Shown: positions 18,673 through 27,758 of the stretch, piece after piece
How positions within the stretch are numbered: the first letter of the stretch is position 1
Layout of the letters: each line of letters opens with the position of its first letter
IMG/VR virus record: IMGVR_UViG_3300048006_000261
Length of the DNA stretch: 64,000 nt
Reading direction: 5' to 3' (one strand)
From: an uncultured virus (IMG/VR IMGVR_UViG_3300048006_000261)
Lineage: Duplodnaviria; Heunggongvirae; Uroviricota; Caudoviricetes
The notes under the pieces: generated by a model
Databases searched by the model: none
The model's input: the letters and a program-made list of their open reading frames with translations, nothing else
What the model was told of the DNA's origin: nothing
Made by a program: the position numbers and the translations under genes

Positions 18673-20814
18673 ATGCCTAATACTACAAGAAGCACATCAA
18701 GAAGCACATCACAATCTACTATAAGAAACACGAGTAGAGGTACGTCAAGAAGCACCGCTGAAAGTAGAAACACTACAACGTCTTTTAACACTACTTATAT
18801 TTCTTATTTTTCTACAAGTAGAAGCACACTTGAGTCTAGAAATACTACTACTACATACACTACAGCTACGACGTTTAATACGTCTAGAGCTACGACTGAA
18901 AGTAGATCTACTACGACTACGTATACTACGACTACTACTTTTAATACGTCTAGAGCTACAACTGAAAGTAGGTCTACTACCACTACCTACACAACTTTAA
19001 CTACGTTTAATACTAGTAAAAGTACAACTACATTATTTAATACTAGTACCACGACTGTATTTAATACAACAACTACATTTAACACTACTAGGTCTACTAC
19101 AACTACGTTTGCCACATCTAGAGCTACTACAACAACTTTTGCTACTAGTAGAACTACATCAACGAGTAGAGCAACAGTAATAGCAACTAGCCGTAATACA
19201 ATTACCGCGTTTAGTACTACTACACTGTATACAACAACAACAACATTTAATACTACTAGAGCTACAACTACTACTTTTGCTACTAGCAGAAACACTATAG
19301 AAAGTAGGTCTACTACTACGACGTTTACGACTACAACTGCTTTTAATACTTCGACGCTAACGTCTAGAGCTACAACTACTACTTTCGCTACGGATAGAGT
19401 TACAATTGAATCTAGAAGTACAACCACGGTATATACTACTAATACGGCTTTCAATACATCAACTGTAACTACTAAGTCAACTACAACTACCTTTGCTACA
19501 TCAAGAGCTACAATTGAGCAAAGAAGTACAGTAACAGTATACACTACTAGCACAACATTTAACACAAGTACTATAACTAGTAAGTCAACTACAACAACAT
19601 TTACTACAACTAGAAGTACAGCAACCTCAAGGTCTACCACTACGACATATACTACTAACACAGCTTTTAACACTAGTACAGCTACTATAACTGTGTTTAA
19701 CACTAGCACAACTACAGTATTCTCGACAACGACTACTTTTGCTACAAGTAGATCAACAACAGAGCAAAGAGCTACAACAACAGCATACTCTACTACAACC
19801 ACTTTTAATACTAGCACGGTAACAACAGAACAAAGAACCACTACTGTGTCTACCACTAGATCAACTGTAACTACATTTGCAACTAGTAGAGCTACAATAG
19901 AATCTAGATCTACAACTACGGTATACACAACAAGTACTACTTTTAATACTAGTACTGCTACATTAACTAGTAGAGCAACTACAATATCAACGTCTAGAGC
20001 AACTACTACAGTTTATAATACGTCTACTTTAACTACGTACAGTACGACTACAACTTTTAATACCAGTAAATCCACAACAACTACGTTTAATACTAGTACT
20101 AATACAGTATACACTACGTCTCAACAAACAATGAGGTTAACTGATGTTCAAGCCGCTACGTATAGAAATACAACTAGATCAACTAGTACTATAACAATAA
20201 CTCATTATAATACTAGTACAACAACGGTTGTATCTACAAGTAGAGCAACTAGTACTGTGTTTAATACTAGTACATCAACTGTATTTAGTACAAACACTAC
20301 TTATACAACAACTTATAATACTAGCACTACTACATCTAGAAACACAACTGTTAGTACATCTAGAAACACAGTTCTAAAAAGTACAGCAAGAGATACGACT
20401 ACTGTTTATACAACTGTTTACAATACATCTACAACAACGCAAACAATAACTATAACAGCTTTTAACACGTCTACAAACACAGCAACAACTAGAGCGACAA
20501 CAACAGTTTATAACACTAGTACAAATACAGCAACAACTAGATCGACAAGTACTGTTTACAACACTACTACAGCTACAGTAACTACGTTTAACACGACTAC
20601 TACTTTTAACACAAGTACTACAACTAATACAAATCACGTTACTGTTTATAACACATCAACGTCAACAGTTTTTAATACGTCTACAGCTACAAGCACTGGT
20701 TTTAATACAACAACTACGTATACGACTACGTATACAACTAACACTGGTAACTATGTTAACTTTAATCAATTTGGGCAATTAGGTACTAATCCGTTTCAAG
20801 ATAATAACGAGTAG
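18673..20814 (+). CDS. Thr-rich repeat fibre protein B, antiparallel partner of protein A
   Basis: 713 aa, almost entirely T/S-rich repeats punctuated by F/Y/R/K. Confidence 0.8.
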   Translation: MPNTTRSTSRSTSQSTIRNTSRGTSRSTAESRNTTTSFNTTYISYFSTSRSTLESRNTTTTYTTATTFNTSRATTESRSTTTTYTTTTTFNTSRATTESRSTTTTYTTLTTFNTSKSTTTLFNTSTTTVFNTTTTFNTTRSTTTTFATSRATTTTFATSRTTSTSRATVIATSRNTITAFSTTTLYTTTTTFNTTRATTTTFATSRNTIESRSTTTTFTTTTAFNTSTLTSRATTTTFATDRVTIESRSTTTVYTTNTAFNTSTVTTKSTTTTFATSRATIEQRSTVTVYTTSTTFNTSTITSKSTTTTFTTTRSTATSRSTTTTYTTNTAFNTSTATITVFNTSTTTVFSTTTTFATSRSTTEQRATTTAYSTTTTFNTSTVTTEQRTTTVSTTRSTVTTFATSRATIESRSTTTVYTTSTTFNTSTATLTSRATTISTSRATTTVYNTSTLTTYSTTTTFNTSKSTTTTFNTSTNTVYTTSQQTMRLTDVQAATYRNTTRSTSTITITHYNTSTTTVVSTSRATSTVFNTSTSTVFSTNTTYTTTYNTSTTTSRNTTVSTSRNTVLKSTARDTTTVYTTVYNTSTTTQTITITAFNTSTNTATTRATTTVYNTSTNTATTRSTSTVYNTTTATVTTFNTTTTFNTSTTTNTNHVTVYNTSTSTVFNTSTATSTGFNTTTTYTTTYTTNTGNYVNFNQFGQLGTNPFQDNNE

Positions 20815-20870
20815 TTAGAAAAGCGTAATAATATGTGACTATAGTACTATAACAAATTAAATTTAATTAT

Positions 20871-21770
20871 ATGGAAATGTTTAACGAGCAGGAGCTTAAG
20901 AAAAGAATAGGTCCTCTTAAAAAAGCTGACAGTCTTTATGACTTAGAACAAGTTGAAGGATATGTCATTAGAAAGTGCCAAGAAAATGGCTTAGAAACTA
21001 GCTATGATGTAATGGCAGAAGAAATGCCATACTTTAAAACAATGGCGTATACCGAGTATGCAGGTAATTTTTACCTTCAACCTTTAAATTTTAAAATGCG
21101 TAACGAACAAATGATCGACGCTTGGCACGATAACGAAAGTGAAGTGCTAGACTATTCTTCTTGGTTAGTAAAAAAAGTTGTTGATAGCAACGCTAACAAG
21201 TATAAATACAGAAAAGAAGAATTGGACAGATTTCCTCCTAAGGACTATTTAATAATTTTACCGGGTTCTAACAAACTTAGAGAAAATGTTTGCTTAAATA
21301 GATTAAAGCACATTGTAAACACCCACGGTAATAATGTTTTATTCAAACCACACCCTATAACTACACACCAAATAATTGGTGAGTTAAAAGACTTTTTTGG
21401 TGAAGAGAATATTCTTCCTAAAAATGTAGACATGTACTACTACATGCAGAAAGCTAAAGGCGTTTATTCAACTCATATAAGTGAAAGCCCTTTGTTTGCT
21501 GGTGTATTAGGTAAAAATATAGAACCTGTGGATGTTTGGAACGATATACAGAGAGGCTCATTCTACTGCATAAATAGTTTCCTTTATCACAATCAAAAAA
21601 ACATAGTAGAATACGTAAACAAGACATTTTCTAGTTACAAGTCTGGTATAATAAATCCAAACGTAGATAAAGACTGGAAAACTAAAGTTGATAAATATAT
21701 TAGCTACGTGTGTGAAAAAAGAGATAGATACAAAAACTGGTACATATCTTCACCAGCAAAAAAGAAGTAA
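20871..21770 (+). CDS. Putative GT-B glycosyltransferase (KpsS/capsule-synthesis-like)
   Basis: VLFKPHP followed by ...STHISES...GVLGK, a pattern typical of CMP-sugar transferases. Confidence 0.5.
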   Translation: MEMFNEQELKKRIGPLKKADSLYDLEQVEGYVIRKCQENGLETSYDVMAEEMPYFKTMAYTEYAGNFYLQPLNFKMRNEQMIDAWHDNESEVLDYSSWLVKKVVDSNANKYKYRKEELDRFPPKDYLIILPGSNKLRENVCLNRLKHIVNTHGNNVLFKPHPITTHQIIGELKDFFGEENILPKNVDMYYYMQKAKGVYSTHISESPLFAGVLGKNIEPVDVWNDIQRGSFYCINSFLYHNQKNIVEYVNKTFSSYKSGIINPNVDKDWKTKVDKYISYVCEKRDRYKNWYISSPAKKK

Positions 21771-21793
21771 AATTTTAATTAAATAATAATATT

Positions 21794-22078
21794 ATGGCAA
21801 CATATAAGAAAAAACCAAAAGCAGTAGATTTAAAACCTAAGTCTATAACAGAAGAAGAGTTAAAAGTTATAAGAACTTTTGTAGACACGTTAAACCAACT
21901 ACAAATGAAAGTTGGAGGTTTAGAAGTTCAAAAAAATGCGTTAGTAGTGGAAGTTGCAAAAACCCAAGCTAACCTTTACAAGAACAATGATAAGCTGAAA
22001 GAAAAATACGGTGACGTTTCTGTTAATATTCAGGACGGAACTATAAAAGAGTTACCTAAAGATGAAAAATCTAATTAG
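21794..22078 (+). CDS. Coiled-coil hypothetical protein
   Basis: 94 aa, heptad pattern. Confidence 0.6.
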   Translation: MATYKKKPKAVDLKPKSITEEELKVIRTFVDTLNQLQMKVGGLEVQKNALVVEVAKTQANLYKNNDKLKEKYGDVSVNIQDGTIKELPKDEKSN

Positions 22079-22283
22079 AAAAATAAGTATAGGTAAAGAC
22101 TATAAAAACGAAGCTATGCACTATTCCGTAGGCCAAGAGGTCTACGGTGGTCATACGATTTGTGATATAATAGAAGAAGATGAAAAGTTTAGTATTTACA
22201 TTATGAAAAAAGAAGAGGTTTTGCCTTGGAAAGATTTTAATAAAAATATGGCAATAGCCGTAGAATACAATTTAGAATATTAA
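22062..22283 (+). CDS. Hypothetical protein
   Basis: 73-aa ORF coupled to its neighbours. Confidence 0.65.
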   Translation: MKNLIRKISIGKDYKNEAMHYSVGQEVYGGHTICDIIEEDEKFSIYIMKKEEVLPWKDFNKNMAIAVEYNLEY

Positions 22284-22867
22284 TGCAAGGATTATTTAAC
22301 TTTGTAGTTAAACCAAAAGGATCAAGATACAATAACGTAAAAAAAATAGGTGATAAAGAGCTCATATTAAACGCCGAGATATTTAGTCATCAGTACGTTA
22401 ACAGAGAAGCTATAGTTGTTTCTTTGCCTAAAATTGTTAAAACAGATATAAAAGTAGGTGACACTGTTATTATACACCACAATGTTTTTAGAAGATGGCA
22501 CGATCAACAAGGTGTAGAAAAAAACAGCAGATCTTATTTTAAAGAAGATAAATATTTTGTTAATACAGATCAAATATTTTTATACAAACAAAAAGGTAAA
22601 TGGTCAAGTCAAACTGATTATTGCTTTGTAAAACCTTTACAGTCAGACAATATATATGACGATAAAGAAAAACCATTGATAGGCGTTGTTAAATATACTA
22701 ACAAGCATTTAAATATAAACGAAGGAGATTTAATAGGTTTCACACCTAATAGTGAATACGAGTTTGTAATTAACGGTGAGAGATTATATAGGGTTTTATC
22801 TAAATTTATTACAATCAAATATGAATATCAAGGAAACGAAAAAGAATATAATCCAAGCTGGACATAG
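22283..22867 (+). CDS. Tandem GroES-like protein
   Basis: Two GroES-like halves (FVVKP...IKVGDTVI; FVKP...INEGDLIGF...INGERLY). Confidence 0.6.
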   Translation: MQGLFNFVVKPKGSRYNNVKKIGDKELILNAEIFSHQYVNREAIVVSLPKIVKTDIKVGDTVIIHHNVFRRWHDQQGVEKNSRSYFKEDKYFVNTDQIFLYKQKGKWSSQTDYCFVKPLQSDNIYDDKEKPLIGVVKYTNKHLNINEGDLIGFTPNSEYEFVINGERLYRVLSKFITIKYEYQGNEKEYNPSWT

Positions 22868-23096
22868 AGCTGTTGATGAATTAATAAAGGTTGCAAAAGA
22901 GCCTATAGTAGAAACAGACGACGATATATCAGCTGATAGATTAAAAAACGCGGCTGCAACTAAAAAGCTAGCTATATTTGATGCTTTTGAGATATTAAAT
23001 AGAATACAAGATGAGCAAGACATGTTAGATAATAAACCTAAAAAGGAAGAGGAAAAGTCTACTTTTGGTGGTTTTGCAGAAAGAAGATCTAAATAA
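22821..23096 (+). CDS. Probable terminase small subunit
   Basis: Small helical ORF immediately before terL; likely start MNIKETK. Confidence 0.5.
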   Translation: MNIKETKKNIIQAGHRAVDELIKVAKEPIVETDDDISADRLKNAAATKKLAIFDAFEILNRIQDEQDMLDNKPKKEEEKSTFGGFAERRSK

Positions 23097-25300
23097 TGTA
23101 CGAGCAAAGTTTATATAAGGTTATAGAACCTATTAAAATAAACACCATAAAAAGGCTTAACAAAAAAAAAGCCTGGAAGTATGGTTATAACAAAGAGCAT
23201 GATCTAGTTGTTATAAGTAAAACCGGTAAGATCGGTGAGGTGTATAGCATACAGAATTTGAAAATAGCATTGCCGCAGGCAACTGATATTAATAAATTTA
23301 AAAGTGATAAGTGGGAGGTTACACCACAACCTAAAGCTTTATCTCGTTTAAAAACTATATTTGACTGGAAAGATATACCAAAAGATTTTAAGGAAAAACA
23401 TATAGATTACATAGAAAAAGAGTTTAAAAGAAGAGAAGAAGGTTTTTGGTTTTATAACAAAGGAAAAGCTACTTACATAACCGGTACTCACTATATGTAT
23501 CTACAGTGGTCAAAAATTGATGTTGGTCAACCTGATTTTAGAGAAGCAAATAGATTATTTTATTTGTTTTGGGAAGCTTGCAAAGCTGATACTAGATGTT
23601 ATGGTATGTGTTATCTTAAAAATAGAAGATCTGGGTTTTCATTTATGGCATCAGGAGAGCTAGTAAATATGGCTACAATATCAAGTGATGCTAGATTAGG
23701 AATATTATCTAAAACTGGACCAGATGCTAAAAAAATGTTTACTGACAAGGTTGTACCTATATCAGTCAACTACCCTTTCTTTTTTAAACCGATTCAAGAT
23801 GGTATGGATCGACCTAAAACAGAATTAGCATACAGAGTTCCAGCTTCTAAATTAACTAGAAGAAAGATAGAAGCAGGTAGTGACGATCATGATTTACAAG
23901 GATTAGACACTACTATTGACTGGAAAAATACAGGTGACAATAGTTATGATGGTGAAAAGTTAAAACTATTAGCTCACGATGAAAGTGGTAAATGGGAAAG
24001 ACCTAATAATATATTAAACAATTGGCGTGTTACAAAAACATGTCTTAGGTTAGGTAGTAGAATTATTGGTAAGTGCATGATGGGATCAACGAGCAACGCT
24101 CTTGACAAAGGAGGTGATAACTTTAAAAAACTGTATAATGGGTCAGATGTTACAAAAAGAAACAGAAATGGACAAACAAGTACAGGACTCTATAGTCTGT
24201 TCATTCCTATGGAATGGAACTACGAAGGATTCATTGATTCTTATGGACTACCTGTATTTGACACACCAGAAGAAGAAGTTAAAGGGCCTTATGGAGAATA
24301 TATCGATACAGGTATCATCGAACACTGGCAAAACGAAGTCGACGGCTTAAAAAATGATGGAGATGCTTTAAATGAATTTTATAGGCAATTTCCTAGAACT
24401 GAAGAGCACGCTTTTAGAGATGAAACACAAAACAGTATATTTAATTTAGCGAAAATATACGAGCAAATAGATTATAACGAAGAGCTAAATGCGCCATTAA
24501 CTAAAGGTAATTTTCAATGGGTTAACGGTATTAAAGATACTAAAGTTATATTTTACCCAGATTCAAAAGGTAGGTTTAAGGTTAGCTGGACACCTAAGTT
24601 TGAATTACAGAATAGACATATAATAAAAAATGGAATTAAATACCCTGCTAACGAACACATGGGTTCATTTGGATGTGACTCTTATGATATATCTGGTACT
24701 GTTGATGGTAGAGGATCTAAAGGTGCTTTGCACGGGTTAACAAAATTTAGTATGGAAGATTGTCCTCCAAACTCTTTCTTTTTAGAGTATATAGCTAGAC
24801 CTCAGACTGCTGAGATCTTCTTTGAGGACGTTCTAATGGCACTTGTGTTTTACGGGATGCCTATACTAGCAGAAAATAATAAACCACGTCTATTGTATTA
24901 TTTAAAAAGGCGAGGTTACAGAGGTTATTCTATGAATAGACCTGATAGAACTTGGAACAAGTTGTCCACAGCTGAAAAAGAAGTAGGTGGTATACCAAAC
25001 TCAAGTGAAGATATTAAGCAAGCTCACGCTGCTGCTATTGAAATGTATATACAAGATCACGTTGGTAAAAAGAGAGATGGATCCCACGGTGATTTATATT
25101 TTAATGAAACATTGCAAGACTGGGCTAAGTTTGATATAAATAACAGAACAAAATACGATGCTGCAATAAGTTCGGGATTAGCTATAATGGCTTGTAACAG
25201 ACATTTATATAGACCGCATGCAGACATAAAAAAACAAAAACTAAACATAAACATATCAAGATATAAAAACAAAGGTATGCACTCAAAACTAATAGATTAA
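23096..25300 (+). CDS. terL: Terminase large subunit
   Basis: LKNRRSGFS Walker A-like, HDESGK Walker B, GSTSN, RNase H-type GCDSYD and KYDAAI. Confidence 0.92.
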   Translation: MYEQSLYKVIEPIKINTIKRLNKKKAWKYGYNKEHDLVVISKTGKIGEVYSIQNLKIALPQATDINKFKSDKWEVTPQPKALSRLKTIFDWKDIPKDFKEKHIDYIEKEFKRREEGFWFYNKGKATYITGTHYMYLQWSKIDVGQPDFREANRLFYLFWEACKADTRCYGMCYLKNRRSGFSFMASGELVNMATISSDARLGILSKTGPDAKKMFTDKVVPISVNYPFFFKPIQDGMDRPKTELAYRVPASKLTRRKIEAGSDDHDLQGLDTTIDWKNTGDNSYDGEKLKLLAHDESGKWERPNNILNNWRVTKTCLRLGSRIIGKCMMGSTSNALDKGGDNFKKLYNGSDVTKRNRNGQTSTGLYSLFIPMEWNYEGFIDSYGLPVFDTPEEEVKGPYGEYIDTGIIEHWQNEVDGLKNDGDALNEFYRQFPRTEEHAFRDETQNSIFNLAKIYEQIDYNEELNAPLTKGNFQWVNGIKDTKVIFYPDSKGRFKVSWTPKFELQNRHIIKNGIKYPANEHMGSFGCDSYDISGTVDGRGSKGALHGLTKFSMEDCPPNSFFLEYIARPQTAEIFFEDVLMALVFYGMPILAENNKPRLLYYLKRRGYRGYSMNRPDRTWNKLSTAEKEVGGIPNSSEDIKQAHAAAIEMYIQDHVGKKRDGSHGDLYFNETLQDWAKFDINNRTKYDAAISSGLAIMACNRHLYRPHADIKKQKLNINISRYKNKGMHSKLID

Positions 25301-25303
25301 AAA

Positions 25304-27730
25304 ATGGCAGAATCAATATCAAAAGGTTATTTCCCAAGTCAGGTTGTTAGCGACTCTGAGAAGATCGGGCTTGACTACGGTTTAAAGGTTGCCAAAGCTA
25401 TAGAAGCGGAATGGTTTAAACGTGATTCTGGTACTAATAGATTTTATAACAACCAAAACGAGTTTCATAAGTTAAGGTTATATGCTAGAGGAGAACAATC
25501 GATACAAAAATATAAAGATGAATTATCTATAAATGGTGATTTGTCTTATCTTAATTTAGACTGGAAACCAGTTCCTATAATACCTAAGTTTGTTGATATT
25601 GTAGTTAATGGTATGGCCGAAAGAACATACGATATAAAAGCATATTCTCAAGATCCTTACGGTATGAGTAAGAGAACAGAGTATATGGAATCTGTAATGA
25701 GAGACATAGAAACTCAAGAGCTTATAAAGTTTGCTCAAGACTCTTTAGGTATAAACTTACAGGAAAATCCACCTGAAAAACTACCCGATAGTGAAGAAGA
25801 GTTAAGTTTACATATGCAACTTAGTTACAAGCAAGAAGTTGAACTAGCAGAGGAACAAGCCATAACAACTATATTAAATGGTAATAAGTTTGAAGAAACA
25901 AGAAAAAGATTATTTTATGATTTAACAACTATTGGTATAGCTTGTGTAAAAGATAAATTTACAACAGCTGAAGGTATTAAAGTTGAATACGTGGATCCTG
26001 CAAATATAGTTTACTCTTATACTGAAAATCCTTATTTTGAAGATATATATTACATTGGCGAGGTAAAAACAATACCTATAAATGAATTAAAAAAAGAGTT
26101 TCCTAATTTAGATGAAGAGCAACTTTTAAAAATAAAAAAGCAACCTAATCAAAAATCTAACTTTAGGTATACTACAGCTAGCACTAACGATAACAACGAT
26201 AATAACACTGTAGAGGTATTATACTTTAATTATAAAACTTACATGAATGAAGTTTATAAAGTTAAAGATACTATGAGTGGTGGTAGCAAAGTTATATTAA
26301 GAGATGATACTTTTGATCCACCAATACAAGAAATGGTTGGTCAATTTGAGAAAATTGAAAGATCTTTAGAGGTTTTATATGAAGGAGCTTTGGTTTTAGG
26401 AACAGATAAATTGCTTAAATGGGAAATGTCTAAAAACATGATGAGACCTAAAAGTGATTACACTAAGGTTAAAATGAATTATAATTTAGTGGCTCCTAGA
26501 ATGTATAAAGGTAAAATTGAGTCTTTAGTAAAGCGTATAACTGGTTTTGCTGACATGATTCAATTAACTCATTTAAAAATACAACAAGTATTATCAAGAA
26601 TGGTGCCAGATGGTATTTATCTAGACGCTGACGGTTTAGCTGAAATAGATTTAGGTAACGGAACTAATTATAATCCACAAGAAGCGTTGAATATGTTTTT
26701 TCAAACTGGTTCCGTAATAGGTAGATCGTTTACGTCAGAAGGAGATATGAATCCTGGTAAAATACCTATTCAAGAAATAACAAGTGGTAATGGTGGTGGT
26801 AAAATACCTGTGTTAATACAGAATTACAACTACTACATGCAGATGATTAGAGATACAACCGGCTTAAACGAAGCTAGAGATGGTAGTACTCCTGATTCTA
26901 GAGCTTTAGTTGGTGTTCAAAAACTAGCCGCTGCTAATAGTAACACCGCTACTAGACATATATTGAACTCTGGCTTATATCTTACAGCTGAATTAGCTGA
27001 ATCAATATCATTAAGAATATCTGATATATTAGAATACTCTCCAACAAAAGAAGCATTTATACAAAAAATAGGTGGTCATAATGTTGGTACGTTAGAAGAT
27101 ATAGCTAGTTTACATCTATATGATTTTGGTATATTTTTAGACGTATCTCCTGATGAAGAAGAAAAATCATTACTTGAAAACAATATACAAGTTGCTTTAG
27201 GTCAGCAAATGATAGATCTTGAAGATGCTATTGATTTAAGAAATATTAAAAATGTCAAGCTTGCTAATCAATTACTAAAAGTAAGAAGAAAAAAGAAAAG
27301 AGAAAGAGACGAGTTGCTACAACAAAAAAATATAGAAACTCAAGCAAACGCTAATGCACAAGCTCAAAAGATAGCTGCAGAAGCTGAGGTACAAAAAAAC
27401 CAAGCTTTAATGCAAAGCACTATGCAACTTGAAGAAGCCAAAATGATGCTAGATCAAAAGAAAATGCAACAAGAAGCTATAATCAAGAAAGATCTTATGA
27501 ATCATGAGTTTATGATTAATATGAGACTTAAAAACATGGAGCTTAACATAGGCAAACAAAAAGAAACAAATAAAGAAGATCGTAAAGATGAAAGAACTAG
27601 AATACAAGCTAGTCAACAATCTGAGCTAATAGATCAAAGAAATAACAATAAAGCACCTAAAAAGTTTGAATCAATGGGTAATGATAGTTTAGGTAACCTA
27701 GGTAATCTAGGTAGTTTTGACCCAAGATAA
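25304..27730 (+). CDS. Portal protein
   Basis: 808 aa after terL; PIIPKFVDIVV; coiled-coil C-terminus. Confidence 0.85.
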   Translation: MAESISKGYFPSQVVSDSEKIGLDYGLKVAKAIEAEWFKRDSGTNRFYNNQNEFHKLRLYARGEQSIQKYKDELSINGDLSYLNLDWKPVPIIPKFVDIVVNGMAERTYDIKAYSQDPYGMSKRTEYMESVMRDIETQELIKFAQDSLGINLQENPPEKLPDSEEELSLHMQLSYKQEVELAEEQAITTILNGNKFEETRKRLFYDLTTIGIACVKDKFTTAEGIKVEYVDPANIVYSYTENPYFEDIYYIGEVKTIPINELKKEFPNLDEEQLLKIKKQPNQKSNFRYTTASTNDNNDNNTVEVLYFNYKTYMNEVYKVKDTMSGGSKVILRDDTFDPPIQEMVGQFEKIERSLEVLYEGALVLGTDKLLKWEMSKNMMRPKSDYTKVKMNYNLVAPRMYKGKIESLVKRITGFADMIQLTHLKIQQVLSRMVPDGIYLDADGLAEIDLGNGTNYNPQEALNMFFQTGSVIGRSFTSEGDMNPGKIPIQEITSGNGGGKIPVLIQNYNYYMQMIRDTTGLNEARDGSTPDSRALVGVQKLAAANSNTATRHILNSGLYLTAELAESISLRISDILEYSPTKEAFIQKIGGHNVGTLEDIASLHLYDFGIFLDVSPDEEEKSLLENNIQVALGQQMIDLEDAIDLRNIKNVKLANQLLKVRRKKKRERDELLQQKNIETQANANAQAQKIAAEAEVQKNQALMQSTMQLEEAKMMLDQKKMQQEAIIKKDLMNHEFMINMRLKNMELNIGKQKETNKEDRKDERTRIQASQQSELIDQRNNNKAPKKFESMGNDSLGNLGNLGSFDPR

Positions 27731-27758
27731 TAATCGTTTAATTTTATAATATTATATT

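Noticed and set aside
15842..19928. Val-rich minus-strand ORFs and Q/L-rich alternative-frame ORFs
   Set aside because: Shadows of Thr codon repeats.
15495..20814. The A/B complementarity as a by-product of a DNA inverted repeat
   Set aside because: Both genes are on the same strand and ACN-rich; their antisense frames encode Val-rich sequence, and AGA (Arg) reverse-complements to TCT (Ser). The pattern exists at the protein level only.
15495..20814. CRISPR array, DGR or ice-nucleation protein
   Set aside because: Repeats are degenerate at synonymous sites with no spacers, no reverse transcriptase is present, and there is no regular 16-aa ice-nucleation period.
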